From: a virus
Taxonomy: Duplodnaviria; Caudoviricetes
Strand: one strand, 5' to 3'
DNA length: 64,000 nucleotides
Virus record (IMG/VR): IMGVR_UViG_3300042731_002921
Coordinates: 20,388 to 84,387 of that record
Position numbers and translations under genes: made by a program
The notes under the pieces: model-generated
The model's input: the letters and a program-made list of their open reading frames with translations, nothing else
What the model was told of the DNA's origin: nothing
Database searches by the model: none
Part shown: piece after piece, positions 55,821 through 64,000 of the stretch
How the letters are laid out: each line of letters starts with the position of its first letter
Position numbering within the stretch: the first letter of the stretch is position 1

Positions 55821-56257
55821 ATAGAAAAGAAGCAGCAATAGAAATAACAAATGAATTTATATCAGAGTTCAACGATACTACACCTGTTTCTTTTGATAAT
55901 CAAAGTACCTTTTGGTATTGCACGAGTCCAATATCCTCAACAACAAAACAAAGTAGTAAACCATGGTTAACTTTTTCTATAATTGATAATACGACGTCTA
56001 AAGCTACTTTAGGTACAAAAGGCCATAGGAGATTTAGAAGAGTTGGATTTATATCTTGTCAGGTTTTTGTTCCTGAAGGGACTGGAACGTCTTCTGGCAG
56101 AGATATATGTGAAGAGATAGTCAATATTTTTGAAGGAGAGAGAATAGCAACGGATATTGTTTTTAAATACGGTGATTATTTACAAATAGGTAATGATAAC
56201 TCTGGTTGGTATCAGTACGATATAACAATATATTTCTCTTTTGATGAACCAAAATAA
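55817..56257 (+). CDS. tail terminator-like protein
   Basis: G...QVFVP.G.G...WYQ....I.F. Confidence 0.75.
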   Translation: MNRKEAAIEITNEFISEFNDTTPVSFDNQSTFWYCTSPISSTTKQSSKPWLTFSIIDNTTSKATLGTKGHRRFRRVGFISCQVFVPEGTGTSSGRDICEEIVNIFEGERIATDIVFKYGDYLQIGNDNSGWYQYDITIYFSFDEPK

Positions 56258-56293
56258 AAATGAAATCTTATAACAAATAAATAAGGAGTAATT

Positions 56294-57763
56294 ATGGCTT
56301 TTATTAATGGATCTTTAACAGATAAAGCAAGTTTTGCTGTTGCTGTTGAGTCATCCACACCAGGAACTTTACCTGGCAGTCCTGTATGGAAGTACCTTGA
56401 AGTTAATTCAGTTTCAGAATTTGGTGAGACAATTAACACAACGGAACGTAATCCTATTTCAAATGATAGAATGAGAAGAAAAGGTGGTGTAACTGGCCTT
56501 GATAGTAATGTCAATTTTGATGCTGATTTGACTTATTCAATGTTTGACTTATTTGCTCAAGGTTTCTGGTTTGCTTCATGGAATGAACAAACAAGCTTTA
56601 CACCTACTGCTGTTACTACAAGTGGTTATACTGTAACTTCAGGTGGTACTCTTGATGCTGGAACTCTTGTGTATGCAAGGAATTATTCAAGCAGTGATAA
56701 TAATGGACTTAAAGTAACTGACACATCGACTATTGATACAGAGATTGAGGTTACTGATACACTTGTTGCTGAATCTTCACCACCTTCAACAGCAAGAGTT
56801 GACATTGTAGGTGTTCAAGGTGCTTCTGGTGATATCACTATGGGATCTGATGGATCTCTTGCAAGTACAACTCTTGATTTCACTGGACTTGGGTTAGTAG
56901 TAGGCCAGTGGATTTACGTTGGTGGTGGAACAACTGATACTTCTTTTGCAACATCAGGTGATGGTTTTGCAAAAGTTAAAGCTGTAGATACTAATGATTT
57001 GACTCTTGAAAGAGTTCCTTCTGCATTTACTACTGATGCTGGTGCTGGAAAGACAATTCAAATTTTTATACCTTCTTTTATAAAGAATGTGGATTATTCA
57101 GATGCTGATTTTCTAACAGAAACTTATGCTTTTGAAGTTATCTACGATACTTTGACTAATAAATATCATTATCCAAATGGTAATTATGCAAATGAAATGA
57201 GTCTTAGTCTTAATATGCAAGATAAGGCTACAGTATCATATGGATTTATTGGTCTTGATACACCTATTCCGACAAGCGTACAGGCTGGTGGTACACGTTC
57301 AAATGTTGTTGATACGACAATGCTTAATACAAGCTCTGATATTGGTAGGCTTGATATTATTACAAGTGATGGTAATGAAATTGTTCCTGCTGATGAATGT
57401 CTATTACAAAACTTATCAATTACATTATCCAATAATATCACACCAAAAAAAGGTGTTGGTTGTCTTGGTACTGTGATGGTTGCACTTGGTAATTTTAATG
57501 TTGATATTTCTGCAACAATGTATCTTACTTCGTCTCAACCAATTGTTTCAGTTAGGAATAACGATACAGTTAGTCTAACAACTATGCTTCATAATGAAGA
57601 TGGTGGAATTCTGTTTGATATTCCATCTATGTGTCTTGGTGATGGTAGCAGGGATTTTCCAACAAATGATACGATTAATGTAAGTTTAACTGGTATGGCT
57701 CATAAAGACACTACATATGGTTATGCTCTTGGAGCTTGTAAATTTCCTTATATACCTATTTAA
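56294..57763 (+). CDS. major tail tube protein
   Basis: ERNPISNDRMRRKG; phage_tube_2-like; position. Confidence 0.85.
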   Translation: MAFINGSLTDKASFAVAVESSTPGTLPGSPVWKYLEVNSVSEFGETINTTERNPISNDRMRRKGGVTGLDSNVNFDADLTYSMFDLFAQGFWFASWNEQTSFTPTAVTTSGYTVTSGGTLDAGTLVYARNYSSSDNNGLKVTDTSTIDTEIEVTDTLVAESSPPSTARVDIVGVQGASGDITMGSDGSLASTTLDFTGLGLVVGQWIYVGGGTTDTSFATSGDGFAKVKAVDTNDLTLERVPSAFTTDAGAGKTIQIFIPSFIKNVDYSDADFLTETYAFEVIYDTLTNKYHYPNGNYANEMSLSLNMQDKATVSYGFIGLDTPIPTSVQAGGTRSNVVDTTMLNTSSDIGRLDIITSDGNEIVPADECLLQNLSITLSNNITPKKGVGCLGTVMVALGNFNVDISATMYLTSSQPIVSVRNNDTVSLTTMLHNEDGGILFDIPSMCLGDGSRDFPTNDTINVSLTGMAHKDTTYGYALGACKFPYIPI

Positions 57764-57780
57764 AATATAATTATTAATAC

Positions 57781-57837
57781 CAGGAGGATAGGAAGGAACA
57801 TCCGAAAGTGGTTTATGCCTTGGGCCATTTCCTCCTG
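57781..57837 (+). other. structured leader upstream of the tail chaperone
   Basis: CAGGAGGA/TCCTCCTG closing stem with two inner hairpins joined by GAAAG. Confidence 0.5.
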
Positions 57838-57882
57838 ACTAATACAAGGTAAATAATATAAAATTAATCAAGGAGAATTATT

Positions 57883-58320
57883 ATGGGGAATTTGTTTGAA
57901 GATTTTAAAACAGAAGATGATTTTGAAGTAGAAGGTATTTGGAAAGAATATAAGGGGCATACAAAAGTGAAAATTGCCCGTGCCGGAAATAAGAATGTTG
58001 CCTATTTCAAATATTTTAAAAAATCAGCAAAGAAATATGAAAATGCAGGAACTGATACTAAAGAAGATATTGATCGCCCGTGGGCAGAAGTGTTTGCAAA
58101 AACTATCATAAAAGGTTGGCAATCCAAAGATGGTGACAAATGGGTTGATGGTATTGCAATGCCTGATAAAAAAGGGGTTGTTGAGATTAAGCCTTTTAAC
58201 TATGAGAATGTAATGAAAGTCCTTCTTATGCTTCCTGATTTTTTCAGTATTCTCAGGGAAGATGCTGATAAACTTACAACATTTCAAAAAGAACAGGAAG
58301 TTGAAGACGCAAAAAACTAA
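57883..58320 (+). CDS. tail assembly chaperone (gpG-like)
   Basis: E.EG.W...KIARAGNKN; ends in a slippery site. Confidence 0.85.
   Translation: MGNLFEDFKTEDDFEVEGIWKEYKGHTKVKIARAGNKNVAYFKYFKKSAKKYENAGTDTKEDIDRPWAEVFAKTIIKGWQSKDGDKWVDGIAMPDKKGVVEIKPFNYENVMKVLLMLPDFFSILREDADKLTTFQKEQEVEDAKN
58311..58317 (+). other. -1 programmed frameshift site A-AAA-AAC
   Basis: The -1 frame is open from 58317 and in frame with 58434-58682. Confidence 0.85.
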
Positions 58321-58682
58321 TAAAGTGTCTCAAACACGCTCTTGATGAGCAGAAGAATGGGTGGGTTAATAAAGCAAAGGAATCAAGGGGCCAAAAGATC
58401 ATTAAAAAAGACCCACCCATTCTTACACATAACTTGTTGTTTGTTTGGGATGCTTTTTGGGAATTAATGACCGAGAGAAGGAATGCAGAAGGTTGTGTTG
58501 GTCCTATTCTTTGGACAGCAATTAATGACTATGCTTATAGATATGGAATTACTGATATAAATCTTTTTAATTCATTTGTATTCTTTATAAGAAAACTTGA
58601 TAACGAATATAGGGATATTAAACACAAAGAAATAAAAAGACAAAGGGCAGCTAACAAAACAAAGAAATCAAGAAGAAGGTAG
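58317..58682 (+). CDS. gpT part of the G-T fusion chaperone
   Basis: W.AFWEL..ER...PI.WTAI..YA..Y motif; reached by -1 shift. Confidence 0.8.
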   Translation, partial: LIKCLKHALDEQKNGWVNKAKESRGQKIIKKDPPILTHNLLFVWDAFWELMTERRNAEGCVGPILWTAINDYAYRYGITDINLFNSFVFFIRKLDNEYRDIKHKEIKRQRAANKTKKSRRR

Positions 58683-58685
58683 CTT

Positions 58686-61600
58686 ATGTCTGATTTATTA
58701 ATAAATGTAGCGATAACTGGTGGTAAAGAAGCTTATAGTACTATGGAGAGTATTAATGAGTCTGCGAGTAAAGCTACCTCTTCTCTTGATTCCTTACAAG
58801 ATGTTTTATCTAAATTAGAAAAAACACAAAAATCTTTTAAAACAGAGAGTGAGAAGTTACCAAAACAACAAAAAGATTTAGCTGATGCGAATAAAGCAGT
58901 TACTAAAGGAATAGAAGAGTTAAATAAAGGATTAATATCATCAACTCAATTTACTGTTAGGTATGGTAAAGCTGTAAATGATTTAAAAAATGATATTAAG
59001 AGTTCTTATGGTGAGAATTTAAAGTATGAGAAAAGTATAGATGATGTTACTGAGGCACTAAACAAATCTACTGCTGCTGAAAAGAAAGCAGAAGCAAGTA
59101 AAAATAAGTTTGCTGGTACATTAAAAACTGTAAAAGCTGCTGCTATTGGTTATGCAACTGTTCTTACTGCAATGGAAATGCAAAGCTTTATATCTGATAC
59201 AATTAAGGCAGGTATTCAATTAGACTCATTACAAAGAACTTTTAAAGCAATAACTGGTAGTGAAAAAGAAGCAGCAGAGGAGATGCAATTTTTAACAAAA
59301 ACAGCAGATGATTTAGGTCTCGAACTTAGTATACTTGAAAAATCCTATAAAGGTATATTAGCTGCATCTAAAAATACATCTTTGGAAGGACAAGGTATTA
59401 GAGATGTATTCTTATCTGTAAGTAAAGCTGCAACTGTTTTAGGTATGTCTTCTGATGAAGTTGAAGGAACATTAAGAGCGTTATCTCAAATGATTTCAAA
59501 GGGTAATGTTCAAGCAGAAGAATTGCGTGGTCAGCTTGGTGAAAGATTGCCTGGTGCATTCCAAATGGCAGCAGAAGCAATAGGTGTTTCAACACAAAAA
59601 CTTAATGATATGCTTGAAAATGGGGAAGTTCTCGCTGAAGATTTATTACCTAAGTTAGCAGATGTTCTTGAAGGCAGATTTGGTGAAGCTGCTATTGAAT
59701 CTGCTGATTCAGCGCAAGCGCATTTCAATAGGTTAAAAAATGAGGTTCTTGAATTACAAAGAGCAGTTGGTGAATCTGGATTAATTGAAGAAATGGCTGA
59801 TTTGGCTAAAGAAACAAAATCTTTTCTTGAAACAAATCAAGATCTAATTAAAAATGAACTTGGTACATTTTTTCAAATAGCAACATTTAATGCTAAACTA
59901 TTCTTAGAAACTCTTTCTGGAATTTCAAATAAATTAGATCAAATTGGTGCTATTGGTGATAAAGCTGCTGAATTAATGTTTGGTTCTGCTGATGCAACTG
60001 AAAGAGCAACAGCAGAGATGAATAGATTAAAAGATAGTATTGTAACATTAGAAGAATCTATTACGATGACTACTGATCCTGATAAGATAGAAAAGTATGA
60101 AAAGCAAATTTCAGTATTATCAGATGCTATTAAAAGATGGGAATTAACATACGAAGATTTAGAAAAAACTCAGACAGAAGCAAATGATAAATTTGTAATA
60201 GATGCACAACAAACATCTATTATTTATAATCAAATGTACGGAGAAATACAAAAACAAGAAGCTGTTTTGTATAAAGTAAGAGAAGAATTAAGAAAACATA
60301 ATCTTGATGAAATAGATAAAGAAAAAGAAGAAGAGATAAAAAAAGCTAAAGAATTTTATGCAAAGCAGATATCTGAATTAAAAAAGTATCTTGGTGATAA
60401 TCATGAGATTTATAAGGTATTAGAAGATCAAAAAAATGTTGATATACAAGCAGCAGAAGAAAAAGCCTCCGAAGCAAGACAAGAAATTCTTGATAAAGAA
60501 ACTAAGAATATAAAAAAAGAATATGAGAAAAGACTTAAAAATCTTGATAAAGCATTAGAAGAAACTTTTGGTGAAATAGATAAGCATCATGAAGAAATTC
60601 TTGACATTCATGAGGATTTTCAAAAAAAATATGATAAAGCAACACTTTCTGATTATGAATACAAAGTATACTTACTTGATAAAGATAGAGCTAAATTTGA
60701 ACAAAATGAAGAAGATAAAACTAAAATCTTTGAATGGTATGTAGCTAAAAGAACTGAAATAGAGAATGATAGAATAGAAGAAGAACAAAAAGCTGCACAA
60801 AAAGCCTATGATGATCTTTATGAAGATGCGGAGGATTTTACTGACAGAATAGTAGACAATTGGGATGATATGGGTGATACTTTGGTTGATATGGCCGAAG
60901 AAATGGTTACTGATATCGCCAAAAAATTTCTTACAGAAGCAATTGTTATGCCTGTCTATATGTCTATTATAGGAGATACAGGATCATATACTACTGGTAC
61001 ATATACTACTGATTTACTTACAACTGATACATCAAGTACTTATGGAATTGATCTTGGTGTATTATCTGATCTTAGTAGCCTTTATAGTCTAATGTCAGGG
61101 AATACTGCTACTACAGTTGGTACTGCTTTAAGTAGTGGTATAGTTGGTAGTGTTGGTGAGTCTATATTTGGTGCAGAACTTTGGGGTACTTATGGTGGTA
61201 TTGAAGCGGGAACTGGTGCAGTAGCTTCTTCTGGTATAGTAGGTACAATTGCTGAGAATTCATTTTATGGTATATTAGGCAGTCTTGGATATACATATCT
61301 TGGAGATTGGCTTGGATTACCTCAAGGTGAATATTCTGGAATAGGCGCAGGGGTGGGCGCAGTAGGTGGCGCTGCTGCTGGTACTGCTATTACATCTGGC
61401 ACTGCATATGGATCTTATGGAGGCCCTATTGGGGCGATTGTTGGTGCTGTTGTTGGAGGTATTGTTGCTGCTTTTGCTGGTGGTAGTGATCGTTATCATG
61501 AAGCAGATCTAATGTTTGGTTTTGGATTAGAAGAAGAGAGTGATATCTATAAAATGTTCACAGGTAGTGAATGGGGAAGTGTATCAGAATTATCTTATGG

Positions 61601-64000
61601 ATCTTTTATTAATATTTCTCCGAGGGATTCCGCGATACCTGAATCAGAGATAGAAGAGTATATGAGTAGCTTCATGGAAGAGGTTTTTTTATATCTTGAT
61701 GGTACAATTGGTGGTAGTTTAGAAGATATTATGAGAGAAGACCCATTCCACTTAATTGGTCAAGATTGGGCAGATGATATTGACCATTATTTTGAAGATG
61801 AAGAAGGTGTGGAATCATTATTACAAGATTTAACTGATAGTTTTGTAGAACATTATGCTGATGAATTATTTGAGGGTCTTGGTTTATCAAGTGAATATTT
61901 TAATTTAGATTTTTTAGAGAGTATTCAAGTTGAAGATATTGGATTATTAGGTACATTTGCTAATTTTATTGCGGTTACTGAAGCGTTTGATGATTTTGTA
62001 GGCGAAATAAATAGGCGATCAGAAGAATTTGGTGAAACTGGTACTGAAGCATTTGCTAATATGTTAGCTGTTGTAGAAGTATTATATCAATTAGAAGAAG
62101 GTGTTGCTGGTATAACAACTGTGTCTTCAATTACAGCTATTGATGAACTAACAGATAGTTGGCAATCGCTTATTGAATCATTAGAAGAAGTCCACGCTAC
62201 TACAGAGCAGATTACTGAAGCTGAATCTGATATGGCTCAAGTTCTTGGTGCTAATATTACAGGGTTAACTGCTGATGCATTACAATCTGCTTTAATGCAA
62301 GGTGGTGATATTGATAGCATTATCCAAAGTGCAATACAATCTGCTGGTTATGCTGAGATAGCACAGCAAATTTCCACAAGTTATATCGCAACTTTAAATG
62401 AAGAGGTTGGTGCTGCTTGGGTGGAGTCAGAAGGTGATATACAAGCAGTTGTTGAAGTAATGCAAAATATAGATACAACTGATGCACAGAATGAAATACT
62501 TGAGCTACAAGAAGCCTTTGGTTTAATAGCAGAAACTACAGGAGAAGTAGAAGGTGTGGCAGAAGCGATAAGGGCTGTTACTTTAGCTATTGAAGGTCAA
62601 CTCTCAGCATCCCAAAAATTTGAAGAATGGCAAATTGATAATTTAGAAGCTCTTGCTCTCTTTTCTGAAATGACAGTAGATAGTGTGACTCAAGAAGAAC
62701 TTGAAGGTGCTATAGATGCTTTTATAGATTTAGGTCTTGAAGGTGATGACTTAAATAATGTTATTCAAGACTTAGCTGATGCATTTACTGATGCTACTAA
62801 TGAAATGCTACAGAATATTGCTAATATAGAAGATGCTCAAGCAGATTTACTTGGGGAAGATGAAGATTACATTCAAAATATAGCAGATGCTTTTTCTTTC
62901 TTTACAGATCCCCCAAGTATAGAACAAATCCGTGGTGATGAACCAGTTCTTCAAACATATCTTGATGAGGAGGCTTATAAACAAGCTTTTGCTGAGTATG
63001 TAGTTGATGTTGAATTTCAAACCATATTAGGCAGAGAAGCTGATGATTCTGGTTGGTATGTAGAACAGTTACTTGGTGGTTCAATTTCATTTGAGGATAT
63101 AACGGAAGCAATCCGTGGTGGTATCAGTAGTGCTACAGATACAGTAGATGAGATCTATATGCGTTTATTTGGTAGAGTAGCAGAAGATGATTATTGGGTT
63201 GATTTATTAGAGCAAGGTACATATACTTATGAAAATATTGAACAAGCAATTATTAATGCAGCTCAAGGTGCTGATTTAATTGCTTTAGAAGAGGGTATTG
63301 ATCAAACGTTCTATGATTGGGAAGGTTTTGATGCTTTTGATAGTCTAACAGATCATTTAAATTATTTCTCAGATATGATAACTGATTTTACAGAAGAAGA
63401 CTTTATAATAGAAGAATATGTTACACTTGAAGGTGAGTTTTCTACCTCAGAACAAGAGGTATTAGATGCATTAGATATTCTCGGTAGTTTAGAAGATGTT
63501 ATTACCGAATCAGGTAAAGTTGATCAAACAGCATTAGATGCTTTTATTGAGACAATTGGTACGATGGATTCAGCAGTGCTTGAGGATATATTTGGTTCTG
63601 AAGCAGCAGAACAAATAAATGATCTAACTTCTGCGTACAATGATTATCAAACATCTTTGGAAGATGGTTCTTCTTTATTATCAGATGAAATTGATATCAC
63701 AAATGCTCAAAGAGAATTAGAAATTCAGATTCTTAGAGAGCAAGGAGAGTATGAAGAAGCATTGGGTTTAGAGAGAGAAGGTATCCTTGATGATCTTACA
63801 AATACATATGGTGATCAAGCTGATGTTCTTATAGCACTTCAAGAAGAATTATGGAGTCTTACAGACGCTAATGCTATTCTATCAGCAGAAAGAGAATTAG
63901 AAATTCAAATACTTGAAGCTCAAGGTGACACTGAAGCTGCTCTTGCTATGCAAAGAGAAGATATTATTGCTGATTTAGAAGAAGCTTATGGTAGTGAAGC
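58686..64000 (+). CDS. tape measure protein, 3'-truncated by window edge
   Basis: LRALSQMISKGNVQAEELRGQLGERLPGAF tape-measure motif; Gly-rich TM-like segment ~61.1-61.5 kb; no stop seen to 64000 (absent from the ORF track because open-ended). Confidence 0.92.
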   Translation, partial: MSDLLINVAITGGKEAYSTMESINESASKATSSLDSLQDVLSKLEKTQKSFKTESEKLPKQQKDLADANKAVTKGIEELNKGLISSTQFTVRYGKAVNDLKNDIKSSYGENLKYEKSIDDVTEALNKSTAAEKKAEASKNKFAGTLKTVKAAAIGYATVLTAMEMQSFISDTIKAGIQLDSLQRTFKAITGSEKEAAEEMQFLTKTADDLGLELSILEKSYKGILAASKNTSLEGQGIRDVFLSVSKAATVLGMSSDEVEGTLRALSQMISKGNVQAEELRGQLGERLPGAFQMAAEAIGVSTQKLNDMLENGEVLAEDLLPKLADVLEGRFGEAAIESADSAQAHFNRLKNEVLELQRAVGESGLIEEMADLAKETKSFLETNQDLIKNELGTFFQIATFNAKLFLETLSGISNKLDQIGAIGDKAAELMFGSADATERATAEMNRLKDSIVTLEESITMTTDPDKIEKYEKQISVLSDAIKRWELTYEDLEKTQTEANDKFVIDAQQTSIIYNQMYGEIQKQEAVLYKVREELRKHNLDEIDKEKEEEIKKAKEFYAKQISELKKYLGDNHEIYKVLEDQKNVDIQAAEEKASEARQEILDKETKNIKKEYEKRLKNLDKALEETFGEIDKHHEEILDIHEDFQKKYDKATLSDYEYKVYLLDKDRAKFEQNEEDKTKIFEWYVAKRTEIENDRIEEEQKAAQKAYDDLYEDAEDFTDRIVDNWDDMGDTLVDMAEEMVTDIAKKFLTEAIVMPVYMSIIGDTGSYTTGTYTTDLLTTDTSSTYGIDLGVLSDLSSLYSLMSGNTATTVGTALSSGIVGSVGESIFGAELWGTYGGIEAGTGAVASSGIVGTIAENSFYGILGSLGYTYLGDWLGLPQGEYSGIGAGVGAVGGAAAGTAITSGTAYGSYGGPIGAIVGAVVGGIVAAFAGGSDRYHEADLMFGFGLEEESDIYKMFTGSEWGSVSELSYGSFINISPRDSAIPESEIEEYMSSFMEEVFLYLDGTIGGSLEDIMREDPFHLIGQDWADDIDHYFEDEEGVESLLQDLTDSFVEHYADELFEGLGLSSEYFNLDFLESIQVEDIGLLGTFANFIAVTEAFDDFVGEINRRSEEFGETGTEAFANMLAVVEVLYQLEEGVAGITTVSSITAIDELTDSWQSLIESLEEVHATTEQITEAESDMAQVLGANITGLTADALQSALMQGGDIDSIIQSAIQSAGYAEIAQQISTSYIATLNEEVGAAWVESEGDIQAVVEVMQNIDTTDAQNEILELQEAFGLIAETTGEVEGVAEAIRAVTLAIEGQLSASQKFEEWQIDNLEALALFSEMTVDSVTQEELEGAIDAFIDLGLEGDDLNNVIQDLADAFTDATNEMLQNIANIEDAQADLLGEDEDYIQNIADAFSFFTDPPSIEQIRGDEPVLQTYLDEEAYKQAFAEYVVDVEFQTILGREADDSGWYVEQLLGGSISFEDITEAIRGGISSATDTVDEIYMRLFGRVAEDDYWVDLLEQGTYTYENIEQAIINAAQGADLIALEEGIDQTFYDWEGFDAFDSLTDHLNYFSDMITDFTEEDFIIEEYVTLEGEFSTSEQEVLDALDILGSLEDVITESGKVDQTALDAFIETIGTMDSAVLEDIFGSEAAEQINDLTSAYNDYQTSLEDGSSLLSDEIDITNAQRELEIQILREQGEYEEALGLEREGILDDLTNTYGDQADVLIALQEELWSLTDANAILSAERELEIQILEAQGDTEAALAMQREDIIADLEEAYGSE

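Noticed and set aside
57781-57837. Hammerhead ribozyme
   Set aside because: It has a three-way junction and GAAA but no CUGANGA core
111-63111. Many antisense or nested ORFs in the track (e.g. 111-611, 2816-3160, 28225-28518, 51770-52180, 59398-59728, 62902-63111)
   Set aside because: They are shadows of well-supported genes on the other strand or frame, with no RBS or motifs
1-64000. TAG stop-codon reassignment
   Set aside because: A few in-frame TAGs occur in broken small ORFs (1421, ~35310), but TAG ends conserved genes at natural positions (helicase, ssb) and no long gene is interrupted
45760-64000. An active, complete DGR in this window
   Set aside because: No template repeat (AAY-rich copy of 47440-47565), reverse transcriptase or avd was found by eye on either strand
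1-64000. Prophage or host flank
   Set aside because: No integrase, att site or bacterial housekeeping genes seen; the whole window looks phage-like

Overview
64 kb of an AT-rich (hand-sampled lines about 28-30% GC) tailed-phage genome with long-tail (siphovirus-type) architecture. No integrase, tRNA or CRISPR array was seen. Layout: (1) 1-8.4 kb, + strand: 3' part of an SF4 primase-helicase, an SSB, a pyrimidine-dimer glycosylase-like gene and many small ORFs. (2) 8.4-20.0 kb: two early-type blocks of small genes behind strong TTGACA-N17-TATAAA promoters (ParB-like, very acidic Ocr-like, HicA-like, PAPS-reductase-like). They are interleaved with large non-coding zones holding sigma54-type boxes, repeats and a ~525-nt structured RNA candidate fused to an HNH gene. 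(3) 20.1-20.4 kb: a 16-bp-period palindromic array at the strand switch. (4) 20.4-39.1 kb, - strand: nucleotide metabolism (kinase, dUTPase, NrdG, intein-containing NrdD, ThyX carrying an in-frame HNH-AP2 insertion, intein-containing metallophosphoesterase, origin-binding-type helicase). (5) 39.2-64 kb, + strand: packaging, head and tail (TerL with a Gly1 class-3 intein, portal, XkdF protease, scaffold, decoration, MCP, connectors, tail tube, G/GT chaperones with a -1 slippery site, tape measure running off the end). The most unusual items are the ncRNA-HNH unit, a GC-rich DGR-relic cassette between TerL and portal, the non-splicing-looking HNH inside ThyX, a GIY-YIG gene carrying a copy of the portal C-terminus, clustered sigma54 boxes, and promoters whose melting region is the loop of an inverted repeat. 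Host is unknown. Anaerobic RNR plus sigma54 boxes would fit an anaerobe such as Desulfobacterota, but this is inference only. All family calls are by motif recognition, without database searches.
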